The notes under the pieces were generated by a model that did not search any database, was not told the origin of the DNA, and saw only the letters and a list, made by a program, of their open reading frames with translations. Positions 45,123 through 53,803 of a DNA stretch of 54,751 nucleotides are shown here, in pieces. Positions within the stretch are counted from its first letter, which is position 1. Every line of letters begins with the position of its first letter. The position numbers were made by a program, and so were the translations under genes. The stretch comes from a virus: the IMG/VR virus record IMGVR_UViG_3300045988_180405. The stretch is one strand, 5' to 3'.

Positions 45123-46118
45123 TCATTCTGTAAAAAATTCATCGGGTTCAACATCAAGCACGGGCTTTTTTCTGCCGCGCGTGGTCTTGATTTCGGTCTT
45201 TGCTTCTTCCGCAATTTCTGCGGCGGGTGCTTCGTCGAGGTATTCGCCGCCTGTGTTCCCGAAGAAGCTGTCGCTCGCGTCGGCTTCGCCGTTGCCCACG
45301 AAAAGGTCATTCTCTTTGTTGATTGCCTTTGTATCCTCGTCGTAGGCTTTCTGCATGTCAATGCTCATTATGCCCCACTTGGATATGAGCTGACGAATCA
45401 TGGTTTTCTTTGCCATACCGTCAAAGTCCTTGTACCAGTATGAGGAATATTTCCAGAGCTGGTCGGCAGGCACTTTTCCCGCCTCGAAATCGGCAAATGA
45501 CATTTTGCCGTTCTTTCCCTCCAGCGAAAAAGCCTTGCTGTATGTATCGGCGTGAGAGAGCATTTTCGTCTTTGACCAGTATATGGTCTTTTCAAAGCCG
45601 TTCAGATAGCGGAAATATGCCATGTAGCCGACTACGGGGAGCTTTTCTCTTTCGTCGTCGTCCTCGATGAATTTAAATCTCGGCTTGCCTGTCGCACTGT
45701 CTCTGCCGAGATATTCGCCGCGGCGAATCTCCGTCACATCGATGTCGGCGTAATAGCCGCTCCTTATTGCAAGCTGGAGATATCCCCTGTAGCCGAGTAT
45801 AAAAGTGCCGACCGTGCGATTGTTTTTCTTGTCGTCAAAAGGCACTATATAGGCAAGCCCGAGTGACGGCGAAAGCGAAAGGTTCAGAGCCGTTGCGAGA
45901 AGCGCGGCACTCACCACCGTGGAATAGTCGCAATTTTGCAGTGCCGTGTTTGCGCTTGCCGCCGCCACGATGCTTGAGACAAATTTTTGCTTTTCTTTTT
46001 CGCTTCCGAGCGTGGAAACGAGACTTTTCTGTACTTTTTCTCCCGTGAGATAGGCGGATAGCGTTCTTGCACCGCCGTTCTGATTCTGTACAAGCTGATT
46101 ACTTATAGCCATTTTCAT
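45123..46118 (-). CDS. recT: RecT-family single-strand annealing protein (start possibly at 46112)
   Basis: Segments LGLAYIVPF, GYRGYLQLAIRSGY and MAKKTMIRQLISKWG. Adjacent to a DUF1351-like gene, with a YqaJ exonuclease in the same operon. Confidence 0.9.
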   Translation of the reverse strand: MKMAISNQLVQNQNGGARTLSAYLTGEKVQKSLVSTLGSEKEKQKFVSSIVAAASANTALQNCDYSTVVSAALLATALNLSLSPSLGLAYIVPFDDKKNNRTVGTFILGYRGYLQLAIRSGYYADIDVTEIRRGEYLGRDSATGKPRFKFIEDDDEREKLPVVGYMAYFRYLNGFEKTIYWSKTKMLSHADTYSKAFSLEGKNGKMSFADFEAGKVPADQLWKYSSYWYKDFDGMAKKTMIRQLISKWGIMSIDMQKAYDEDTKAINKENDLFVGNGEADASDSFFGNTGGEYLDEAPAAEIAEEAKTEIKTTRGRKKPVLDVEPDEFFTE

Positions 46119-47011
46119 TCTCCTTTCGGCACTCTGCCGTATTTTATTTTGTTTGCGTTGAGAAATTCTTTGAGCTTCGCGAGCTGCGTTTTCGTCGCAT
46201 AAACGCGGAAATCCATCGTCATGCTTTCCTCCGTGTCATCAGGCATGCCTTTCTCGTTTCCGTAAACGCTCTGCACGGGTTTTGAATTTTCAGAGGGTAT
46301 TTGTTTGTCCGTACCGCCTTCCGCTTGCTGTCGGCTCTCTGCCGCGGCGAGACGCGCATTGTATGCGATTATCTGCGCGATGCTGTGATTTTCGCGGTAA
46401 TATTCGAGGAGCGATACCTCGTATTTCGAGCCGAGCCCTTTTATAGCCGCTATATCCGTGCAGATGGCTTTGTATGCATCGTCCATAGCAGAGTAAACCG
46501 CTTCTTTGCGCTTGCCTTTGTTCAGCCAAGACCGGTCAAAAATCTGCTCGAATGTGCGGTACGGATTGTCTGCGCTGATGCTCTCCCAGTAGTTTCTGTA
46601 GTCGGCTTCCTTTTCGGATTTGACCCTGTCCTCCGCTTCGAGAACCTGTCCCCAGAGGTTTTCGCGTGCCGATTGCAGTATTGCGATAGGCTCTTTCAGC
46701 GACTTTTCAAATATTTCAAGCGGCGCGGTGTATTCTTTTTTCACCTCTTTGCGCTTGTCGTCTATGCTTTTTATTATCTTGTTTATCTCGGCGCAACGCT
46801 CTCGTGCTTTTTCAAAGTCCTCATCCGTGCGAAGTATGAGCGTTCTGTCGTTTTCGGTGCGTGCCGTAGCCCAGCTTTTGATTTTCTCTATGTTGGAGAG
46901 AATCTGCGGAAGCTTCTGCACAAAGTCCATCTGTACGGTAAATTCCACCGTCACAGGCATGTCCGGTTCTGCAAATGCAGTCAGAGCCTTATCAAAATCA
47001 ATCTCTGCCAT
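46115..47011 (-). CDS. DUF1351-like protein commonly paired with RecT in Firmicutes phages
   Basis: 298 aa, helical, overlaps the RecT start. The family assignment is from memory of synteny. Confidence 0.55.
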   Translation of the reverse strand: MAEIDFDKALTAFAEPDMPVTVEFTVQMDFVQKLPQILSNIEKIKSWATARTENDRTLILRTDEDFEKARERCAEINKIIKSIDDKRKEVKKEYTAPLEIFEKSLKEPIAILQSARENLWGQVLEAEDRVKSEKEADYRNYWESISADNPYRTFEQIFDRSWLNKGKRKEAVYSAMDDAYKAICTDIAAIKGLGSKYEVSLLEYYRENHSIAQIIAYNARLAAAESRQQAEGGTDKQIPSENSKPVQSVYGNEKGMPDDTEESMTMDFRVYATKTQLAKLKEFLNANKIKYGRVPKGE

Positions 47012-47405
47012 TTTTTCGTCCTTTCAATAGTTCTTTTGTGAGTTCTTTTATTTTTGTTTCATAGTCCAGCCCGAGCATCTGTCCGAATATCGCCATCAGT
47101 ACGCTTGTGCATATGCTGTCTCCCGCAAGATGATAGCAGGCGGATTTCGAGTGATTTTTCCGTATCTTTGCATAGTCCTCGTCTTTTACGCCCTGCAGCC
47201 GGAAACATTCGCCCTCGGTCAGTTTTCGCACGCGACATTCACGGTTTTCATCGTCAAGTATTTTCACATCCTGCCCCCCGCCCGTGCATGTTACGACTGT
47301 CGGAGAAATCGCATCGGCAGAATAAACGCGGCAGCTGCGCTCCAATGTGTTGTCCCATTTTCCGCCGCTCAGCGTAGCGATCTTCATGCAATTCAGTTCT
47401 TCCAT
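46998..47405 (-). CDS. C5 DNA methyltransferase, C-terminal fragment (motifs IX and X)
   Basis: Segments RVYSADAISPTVVTCTGGG, RKLTEGECFRLQGV and GDSICTSVLMAIF. Same reading frame as 47664-48626 but separated from it by 258 nt containing stops. Confidence 0.75.
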   Translation of the reverse strand: MEELNCMKIATLSGGKWDNTLERSCRVYSADAISPTVVTCTGGGQDVKILDDENRECRVRKLTEGECFRLQGVKDEDYAKIRKNHSKSACYHLAGDSICTSVLMAIFGQMLGLDYETKIKELTKELLKGRKNGRD

Positions 47406-47663
47406 TCCACTACTCCGTTCGTTCCTTTAGTATCTACTGTTCTGCAGATGTCCGGCATGGGTGCGCTTGCGAAGCTTCGGCTTTTTCCGAGCGTAATGCC
47501 GTCCGCCCGCGGTACTCCGCTACCGCATTCATTGCCTGATTGCCGAAGCTTTTGCAGTCCCGAGCCATTATTGTGTTTGCCGTCGTCGTTCCGATTTTCT
47601 CTATGATTTTGCCCTTTCCGCTCAATAATAAAGTTACTGTGCGGTCTGTAGCCGCCCTCTGTT

Positions 47664-48626
47664 TTAATGGTGTGCGCTGTACCCCCCCCCGAAGGTCGGG
47701 TTCCAGCCGAAGCTGTTTCCGCGTGCGGCATTTCGCTCTTTATGGAGTTCTAATGCGCGTACTGCCTTGTCGCTTATATAATAGCTTTCGTCCACACCGT
47801 AATCCAAGAAGTCACGCAAAACATAATCGAGAGCAAAACCATCGGGCATTTCGTAATAATAATCGCCGAGTATGCTCACCATGAAACATCTGTTTCTGTT
47901 CTGCGGTATTCCGAAGTTTTTCGCATTCAGCAGATTCCGTTTTGATTTGTAGCCGAGAGAATCGAGAAAACCTATCCATTCCGAAAAATGCTTTATGTTT
48001 TTCTTTCCGATTACCTCGGGGACATTTTCCATGAGCAGAATCTGCGGCAGGTTTTCCGTTTCTTTCAGCAGCCGCTCCACTTCCCACAGAAGCCCGCTCC
48101 GCGTTCCGCTGTTTCTTCCCATGCCTGCGCCTTTTCCCGCATTGCTCAAATCCTGACAGGGAAAACTGTAGGTCATTATGTATTCGTAGCGGTCTGTGTC
48201 GGTGATTTGCAAATCCTCTCCGCGCATTTTCGTTATCGAGCCGAGATTGTGCGTAGCCTGCATGTTGCCGTAAATTTTCCGTGCCTGCTTTTCGGGAAGT
48301 TTCGCAATTTGCTTTTCGGTCATCGGTGTCGAATAGTCCGCCGATATACGCCCGACAAGCCATTCTTTTATTTGCTCCGCCGTCAGACCGGCGGAATAAT
48401 CGTTTTCGTCTTTGCCGAAATGCAGGTCTTTATATGCCGAAATGGATTTTACAGCCCATTCGCTTATTTTCCAGTGCTCAAAGTGAACGCCGAGATATTT
48501 CAGAGCGAGAGCCTGCGAACCGTAGCCCGCGAATAATTCTATCAGCCGTATGGGCTTTTCTGTGCGGAACGGCTTTTCCCCGCCGAATATCGGCAGTTGC
48601 CGTGCCTCCTCATATATGCGGTTCAT
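47664..48626 (-). CDS. C5 DNA methyltransferase, N-terminal catalytic part (motifs I-VIII); stops 6 codons after a G9 run
   Basis: Segments LFAGYGSQ (I), SFPCQDLS (IV), LMENVPE (VI) and QNRNRCFMV (VIII). Ends ...NPTFGGGYSAHH*. Confidence 0.85.
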   Translation of the reverse strand: MNRIYEEARQLPIFGGEKPFRTEKPIRLIELFAGYGSQALALKYLGVHFEHWKISEWAVKSISAYKDLHFGKDENDYSAGLTAEQIKEWLVGRISADYSTPMTEKQIAKLPEKQARKIYGNMQATHNLGSITKMRGEDLQITDTDRYEYIMTYSFPCQDLSNAGKGAGMGRNSGTRSGLLWEVERLLKETENLPQILLMENVPEVIGKKNIKHFSEWIGFLDSLGYKSKRNLLNAKNFGIPQNRNRCFMVSILGDYYYEMPDGFALDYVLRDFLDYGVDESYYISDKAVRALELHKERNAARGNSFGWNPTFGGGYSAHH

Positions 48627-49434
48627 AGGGCATCTCCCGTGCTTGCCGCCCTACGTCGAGCGTCATTTGCCGTGCGAGCGTTATTTTGCTTTTGTCGAGC
48701 ATCTTTTCCGTAGCCTCTTTATAGAATTTTGTGCTCACCTCAAAGCCGTAGCTGTTCCGCCCGAGCTCATAGGCGGCACGCAGCGTCGAGCCGCTCCCCG
48801 CACACGGGTCTATTACGACGTCGCCCTCATCCGTGAAAATTTCAATAAGCCTTTTGAGAATGGATATCGGTTTCTGCGTCGGGTGGATTTTCGGATATTC
48901 TTTTGTGCTGTCGCGTTTCCATTCAAACCAGTTGAATATCATTTTTCCTTCGTTGCGGAATTTCGGCAGCTTGTCCCTGTAGAGCACCAGCGCATATTCC
49001 GTTGCCCCTACAATTCTCATGTTGGCTTTAAGTACCTGTGCCGAGTAGTTCTTGCAAAAGAAGAGCGGAAAGCTGTGCTCAAATCCGTATTTTCTTCCGT
49101 ATTCGGCAAGAACGGGCATCTGCTCGAAAGCACAGAAAATTATCATCGCGCCTGCTTGCCCTTTTTCTTTCGGCTCTTTTTTGAGTAGCTTGTTGCAGAA
49201 GTGCATATACTCCGCTATTTTGAAATCGCCGTCTCCGTTGAAGAAGGCACTTTTTGCAAGCTTGCTTTCTCCGTTCTTGTTGTCCCCCCCTTGATACCAC
49301 ATCGGATTGCTTCCGTATGCGTTTTCTCCGATGTTGTAAGGAATGTCCGCTATTACCAGCTGTGCCCGCGGTATGTTATATCTCTTGAAATTCTGGAAGT
49401 TATCGTGAAACAGCTCCATTGCTATTTTGCCCAT
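48610..49434 (-). CDS. N6-adenine/N4-cytosine DNA methyltransferase (beta class)
   Basis: Segments ADIPYNI (motif IV, DPPY-like), HPTQKP and DPCAGSGST (motif I). GGAGG SD. Confidence 0.9.
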   Translation of the reverse strand: MGKIAMELFHDNFQNFKRYNIPRAQLVIADIPYNIGENAYGSNPMWYQGGDNKNGESKLAKSAFFNGDGDFKIAEYMHFCNKLLKKEPKEKGQAGAMIIFCAFEQMPVLAEYGRKYGFEHSFPLFFCKNYSAQVLKANMRIVGATEYALVLYRDKLPKFRNEGKMIFNWFEWKRDSTKEYPKIHPTQKPISILKRLIEIFTDEGDVVIDPCAGSGSTLRAAYELGRNSYGFEVSTKFYKEATEKMLDKSKITLARQMTLDVGRQAREMPYEPHI

Positions 49435-49452
49435 CTTTTCCTCCTGCTCTTC

Positions 49453-49737
49453 TCAATCCGTATACGGCTCTACAGTCGTATAGAGCCATTCGTTTTTGCC
49501 TGTCTGCGTCAGCGTGTAGTAGCCGCGGAAATAATATCTCATGTCCGCCTCTTCGCCGCCTTCGCGAAGCTTCTTTTCCCAAGTTTCTTTTTCGGGGCGG
49601 CATGTAATTTCGCCGCGCTTTATGTAGACGAGTATGTCGTTCCGGCTTTCGCCCTCGGTTGTCTTAACCGTAAATTCGCGGTAGTAGTCGCCGTATGGCG
49701 ATTTCTGACCGTTGTATCTGCACTTTATTTCAATCAT
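49453..49737 (-). CDS. Hypothetical protein (94 aa)
   Basis: Lies in the early operon. Confidence 0.6.
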   Translation of the reverse strand: MIEIKCRYNGQKSPYGDYYREFTVKTTEGESRNDILVYIKRGEITCRPEKETWEKKLREGGEEADMRYYFRGYYTLTQTGKNEWLYTTVEPYTD

Positions 49738-49741
49738 CGCT

Positions 49742-49930
49742 TTATTCCTCCCAGTATTCTACGAAATACGCATATCCGACCCTGTCAGATACTTTCCGGC
49801 GTGAAATTCTGCACGCATATCCCGCTTTTATCAGCAGATGCACAAGCGAGAGCCGCTCTTCGGCATTAAGCCCCGTGCCTACGCCTACAGTGCCTATTTC
49901 GCGTTTTATTTTCATTTTCGCGTTTTCCAT
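49742..49930 (-). CDS. Hypothetical protein (62 aa)
   Basis: Lies in the early operon. Confidence 0.5.
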   Translation of the reverse strand: MENAKMKIKREIGTVGVGTGLNAEERLSLVHLLIKAGYACRISRRKVSDRVGYAYFVEYWEE

Positions 49931-49934
49931 GTTT

Positions 49935-50378
49935 TCATCCCTTTCCCGTTATCCTCCGGCAGTATTCGGCTATCAGCAGAGCCTCCGCCATTCCGTCATG
50001 CTCTTTTGAGCAACGCTCTGTCCGCAGAAGCGAAATCTCGGGAAAAAGCCTTTTGCATGCGGCTACGGAGTGAGCCTTGTCGCCGTCGAGCGAATATGCC
50101 TTTTTCCATTTCTGCGGCGGTATCAGCTGATATGGCGTTTCGGTGTATTCGAGCATCCCGAGAATGTACCCGAAAGACTTGCCGAAGTTGAACATCGAGG
50201 TTACGCCTTGTTTCGGCATCGCACTCACTTTTTCGACAAAGCACATTGTACCCTCTCCGCCCGAGGTTTGAAGTACGTTTTTCAGTACCGCGTCGTCATA
50301 AGCCCATGCCATGGCTTTGCCGTCGATTATCGCCGCTATTCCGCCCGATTTGCCCGGGTCTATGCCTATGTAAATCAT
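49935..50378 (-). CDS. RuvC-like Holliday junction resolvase
   Basis: The N-terminus MIYIGIDPGKSGGIAAI is typical of RuvC-fold phage resolvases. An acidic residue lies near the C-terminus (EHDGMAEAL). Confidence 0.75.
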   Translation of the reverse strand: MIYIGIDPGKSGGIAAIIDGKAMAWAYDDAVLKNVLQTSGGEGTMCFVEKVSAMPKQGVTSMFNFGKSFGYILGMLEYTETPYQLIPPQKWKKAYSLDGDKAHSVAACKRLFPEISLLRTERCSKEHDGMAEALLIAEYCRRITGKG

Positions 50379-50387
50379 TTTTGCCTC

Positions 50388-51038
50388 CTACAAAGTTAAA
50401 AGTGTTTTCGGCGGCTTGTCCGCCATTATGCAGTCCCTGTAAAATTTTTCGCATTCGCAGGCGAGATATTCCATGTCTGCCTTTACCTCGGCAGCCTGAA
50501 CGGGGAAATGCTTTATCTCGGATGCTCCGTCGGGATATATGAGCTGTGCCGTCAGCACGGCAAAGTCGTATTCCGTCACCGCGAGCTGTGCGAGCAGCTG
50601 AATGTAATATTTCTGCGGCAGTTTGCTGTTCCATTCGTCCGCATCGCTCTTTCGCATAATCCATGCCGTTTTGCATTCCCATATGCCGCGCCTGCCGTCG
50701 ATTGATTCTATTTCGCCGTCAAGCGTGCAGCTCATGTGCGGGTGCCGGTCGTTTATGTAAACGCGAAAAGGATGATAAGCCATTTGGTATTTTGCGGCAA
50801 ATTGCAGGGCAAATAGCCCGCGTAAATGTTCCTCTGCCGCCGTGCCGTATGCTATGCGGTGGTTTTCCGACCCGCTCTTGTATGCGGCTCGCGGCTTTCC
50901 CGTCTTTTCCCTGTACAGGTCGTCAGGGCTCATAAAGCCCATGCCGAGGATGCAGGCGGCTTCGCTTGCACCTATCGTGGCAGTTCTGCCTTTGAGCCAT
51001 TCGGCTCGGTTGGCGTAGTCGGTGTATGTCAGGCTCAA
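50388..51038 (-). CDS. YqaJ-like exonuclease (partner of RecT)
   Basis: Segments TIGASEAACILG and IWECKT, with the PD-(D/E)xK-type pattern of YqaJ/lambda-Exo-like proteins. Confidence 0.8.
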   Translation of the reverse strand: MSLTYTDYANRAEWLKGRTATIGASEAACILGMGFMSPDDLYREKTGKPRAAYKSGSENHRIAYGTAAEEHLRGLFALQFAAKYQMAYHPFRVYINDRHPHMSCTLDGEIESIDGRRGIWECKTAWIMRKSDADEWNSKLPQKYYIQLLAQLAVTEYDFAVLTAQLIYPDGASEIKHFPVQAAEVKADMEYLACECEKFYRDCIMADKPPKTLLTL

Positions 51039-51391
51039 TTCGTATCAACTCCCGTCCATGCGCTGTTTTCGTCCGCCATCATCTCGCCGACTATCTTTTC
51101 GGTGTCAATCCCGATGTCGAGCAGAGCCTTTTTCATGGCGTAGAAATCCGCGTCCTCATATCGCTCGCTCATTTGCGCCTGTATGCTCTGGCAGGCAGAG
51201 AGAAACCTCGTCAGCCTGTCTTTTCCGAAACCGAAAGCCGTGTGGAGAGTATATAGCGCAATGGTATTCGAAACGAGATTGAACCTTTCCGTCCATTTGC
51301 GGCATATTCTGTCGTATTCCTCGCGGGCTATCCTGCGCGTTTCGCTCTCGCGCAATTTCTGCTTTATGAGCGGATTTTTGAATTTTCCCAT
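51035..51391 (-). CDS. Hypothetical protein (118 aa)
   Basis: Start/stop overlaps with the neighbouring genes. Confidence 0.6.
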   Translation of the reverse strand: MGKFKNPLIKQKLRESETRRIAREEYDRICRKWTERFNLVSNTIALYTLHTAFGFGKDRLTRFLSACQSIQAQMSERYEDADFYAMKKALLDIGIDTEKIVGEMMADENSAWTGVDTN

Positions 51392-51576
51392 TTTCGTATC
51401 CTTTCCGTCACATCGTGGAAATTTATGGTTATCGTCTGCTTGCTTTCGGGATATTCCGTATGCACGGTCACCTCTGTGGGATAAACACTGTCGGAGAAGA
51501 GATGCATGCGAAGCCCGCGCTCAAATTCCTCGGTGATAGCTTTTATCACAGTTTCGCTTATCCGCTCAGTCTGCAT
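51364..51576 (-). CDS. Hypothetical protein (70 aa)
   Basis: Lies in the early operon. Confidence 0.5.
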   Translation of the reverse strand: MQTERISETVIKAITEEFERGLRMHLFSDSVYPTEVTVHTEYPESKQTITINFHDVTERIRKWENSKIRS

Positions 51577-51758
51577 CCTTTGCCCTCTCCCTTCCCCGAT
51601 TTCGGCGGTATGTAAACGCCCTTTTCCACGAGAATTGCGATTATGTCCTTGCGCCTGCAGAGATTGAGGTCTGCGAGAATGCCTATCTGGCGGTATTTGT
51701 ATTTAGCCATTTTGTAGTTGGCGGCTATATCTTCTTTGCTCATGTAAGGTGCCCTCAT
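51558..51758 (-). CDS. Small protein, possible HTH
   Basis: ATGA overlap at 51755-51758. SKEDIAANYKMAKYKYRQIGILADLNLCRRKDIIAIL. Confidence 0.5.
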   Translation of the reverse strand: MRAPYMSKEDIAANYKMAKYKYRQIGILADLNLCRRKDIIAILVEKGVYIPPKSGKGEGKGCRLSG

Positions 51759-52012
51759 TTTTCGTACACCTTTCCGCATATCAGGCTCATTACCCATTCG
51801 AGAATCATTGCCTTTTTGTAATGCACGAGCGCCGTCACACCATCGTCTATCGGTGTTTCGAACCCCAGCGTAAGTTCTTTTTCGCTTTTGCACCGGAGCT
51901 CAATCATCAGCTCGTCCGCGAGTTCCCGTCTCGCCTCAAGCCGTATGCGCTCCTCTCTTTCCGGTATTGTCGCCGCTTTCTTCAGCGCTCTGCGTAATGT
52001 TTTTTTATTCAT
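51755..52012 (-). CDS. Hypothetical protein (85 aa)
   Basis: GGGAGGAAG SD upstream of ATG 52012. Confidence 0.55.
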   Translation of the reverse strand: MNKKTLRRALKKAATIPEREERIRLEARRELADELMIELRCKSEKELTLGFETPIDDGVTALVHYKKAMILEWVMSLICGKVYEK

Positions 52013-52235
52013 CGTTTCTTCCTCCCGTGTATCTGTCGAGGCATCCGCAATTAGGAAAATAATCTCCGCGCAGCTGCTTTGCGGTGCGAAAGCAGAAGTT
52101 GCCGCATCTGCATTTGCAGAAATACGCGCGTTCATCAAGCCGCCAGCCGAATTGCTGTATTACGGTCAGCATGCCGAATTTCTGTCCCGCTTTCGGTTGC
52201 CTCAGATAATCGATTGCTTTTTTTAAGATATTCAT
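52005..52235 (-). CDS. Small Cys-rich (zinc-finger-like) protein
   Basis: FGMLTVI...YFCKCRCGNFCF...PNCGC. Confidence 0.55.
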   Translation of the reverse strand: MNILKKAIDYLRQPKAGQKFGMLTVIQQFGWRLDERAYFCKCRCGNFCFRTAKQLRGDYFPNCGCLDRYTGGRNDE

Positions 52236-52375
52236 GAGTTCGCCCACCTGTCCGTGTAGCTTTGATATTCCGCATAGATTATCGCGTCTTTCGCGTCGGA
52301 TCTCTCAAAATAGCCTCTTGCCGTTTTTACTCCGTCACGGAGCATGTGTATTATTTTGCGTATCAGCCTTTTCAT
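52232..52375 (-). CDS. Small protein (47 aa), overlaps the end of the replication gene
   Basis: AAGGAGCGG SD upstream of ATG 52375. Confidence 0.4.
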   Translation of the reverse strand: MKRLIRKIIHMLRDGVKTARGYFERSDAKDAIIYAEYQSYTDRWANS

Positions 52376-53324
52376 GGCTTTCCGCTCCTTTCCTCTGCGC
52401 CAGCTCGAAAAATTCATCGAGGTCAAAGCCGCATTCTTTTTCTTTTTCTTTCGGCTGTCCCCTCGGCAGTGCACCGAGAGGTGCGCGCTCAAGCTTGTTC
52501 CATTTTCCGGCAAAATATTTCCAGTCCGTAAAGTTCGGATTTTTTAAGGCGTTGTAGTCGTAAAACCGCTTTGCCGTATTTTCGTCACTGCCGTGCCCGA
52601 CAAAAAAATCGATGATTTCTTTTTTTAGCGCGTTTTCCGTCTCGCCCTTTTCGCGTGCGTGTGTGCGCACGGTCGAACGTAGTGAGACTTTGTGGACTGA
52701 ATTATTTTCGATATGCTCTGTCTGTAAGCTGAACTTGGGTTCGCACTCGGCATTATAATAAACCTTGTTGGGTGCCTTAAATTTTTTTGGCTTTTTATTT
52801 TTTTCTATAAGGGGGTGTGGGGGAAAAGTCTTTTTTTCTTTTTCGCTTTTTTGTGCTCGTGTCTCACTCGGTGTCTCACTTCGTGTCTCACTTTCGTTTT
52901 TTGCAAGCCCGAAAGCCGTTGCTGTGTCTGCATTTTCGGGATGTTCACCGTGTCTCACTTCGTGTCTCACTTCGTGTCTCACTTTTTCGGAAACACTCGA
53001 AAATTGGTATTTTCCCCACTCCGTGATTTTTATCATTGTCTGTTGTTTGTCGGAACATATTGTGATTTGTTTTTCCGCTTCAAACCGTTTAAGAATGCGC
53101 CATGTTTTATTTTTTTCTATTCCGTATGTCTCGGCAAATTTGTTGACCGAAATCATCAGCTCACCCGCTTTGAGAACCCGCCTTTCTCCGCCGAATAAGA
53201 CTTCCGTTTCTTCGTGCTCGGCAGAGAGAAGCAGATAGACCCATATAGCCATGTGTGCGGCATCCCTGCACACCGTGCCGTTGTCCAGCATCTTCCGGTG
53301 CAGACAAATCCATCCCTCCGCCAT
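52335..53324 (-). CDS. Replication initiator / replisome organizer (winged-helix N-terminus, low-complexity linker, DnaD-like C-terminus)
   Basis: The N-terminus WICLHRKMLDN...MAIWVYLLLSA...LKAGELMISVNKFAE is typical of phage replisome organizers. Its linker contains iterons. Lies next to ssb. Confidence 0.7.
   Translation of the reverse strand: MAEGWICLHRKMLDNGTVCRDAAHMAIWVYLLLSAEHEETEVLFGGERRVLKAGELMISVNKFAETYGIEKNKTWRILKRFEAEKQITICSDKQQTMIKITEWGKYQFSSVSEKVRHEVRHEVRHGEHPENADTATAFGLAKNESETRSETPSETRAQKSEKEKKTFPPHPLIEKNKKPKKFKAPNKVYYNAECEPKFSLQTEHIENNSVHKVSLRSTVRTHAREKGETENALKKEIIDFFVGHGSDENTAKRFYDYNALKNPNFTDWKYFAGKWNKLERAPLGALPRGQPKEKEKECGFDLDEFFELAQRKGAESHEKADTQNNTHAP
52859..52982. repeat. 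Iterons: six GTGTCTCAC copies in two triplets with 12-bp phasing (origin candidate)
   Basis: Copies at 52859, 52871, 52883, 52950, 52962 and 52974. A T-rich stretch at 52780-52856 lies adjacent. The array is inside the replication gene linker. Confidence 0.75.
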
Positions 53325-53341
53325 TTTTTACCGCCTTTCGC

Positions 53342-53803
53342 TTAAAAGGGGAAATCATCATCCGAGCCGTCCGTCTCCGTGAAGTTCGGCGTGCTGTTCT
53401 TGGCATATCGCGGCACCGTGCCGAAATCGGGATTTGGCGTAGGCTCTATGTTGTCGGGCGGTACAGGTGCTCCTTTCGGCGTTATGAAATTCGCTTCCTG
53501 CACCAAAAATTCCGTGGTGTATCTGCGCGTTCCGTTGCTGTCCGTGTACGAAGCACTCTGCGCCTCGGCGACAAGCGAAATGAAATCGCCTTTTCGGAAA
53601 AATCTTGCTATAAATTCGGCGGTCTTTCTCCATGCGATTATGCGCAAGAAATCGCTGGGCGGATAATCCCCTTTTTCCTTCGGCGGAACGCGCCTTGAAA
53701 CCGCAATCGAAAATTTTATTACGTAGATACCATCGTTTGTTTGTTTCAGCTCGAGGTCGTCCACTATGCGCCCTATAAAAATGCATTTGTTAAGTGACGG
53801 CAT
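53342..53803 (-). CDS. ssb: Single-stranded DNA-binding protein
   Basis: OB-fold N-terminus LNKCIFIGRIVDDLELKQT and acidic C-terminal tail DGSDDDFPF. Confidence 0.95.
   Translation of the reverse strand: MPSLNKCIFIGRIVDDLELKQTNDGIYVIKFSIAVSRRVPPKEKGDYPPSDFLRIIAWRKTAEFIARFFRKGDFISLVAEAQSASYTDSNGTRRYTTEFLVQEANFITPKGAPVPPDNIEPTPNPDFGTVPRYAKNSTPNFTETDGSDDDFPF

Noticed and set aside
47682-47690. Treating the G9 tract as definite phase variation.
   Set aside because: A single homopolymer change cannot restore the full methyltransferase, because at least one further frame change is needed. Homopolymer sequencing error is an equally good explanation. It is kept as an open question in the findings rather than asserted.
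52859-52982. GTGTCTCAC repeats as a minisatellite or CRISPR-like element, or as a mere protein repeat.
   Set aside because: There are only six 9-bp cores at 12-bp phasing with no unique spacers. Exact conservation at the nucleotide level, including synonymous positions, within a replication-protein linker argues for DNA-level function. They are reported as iterons.
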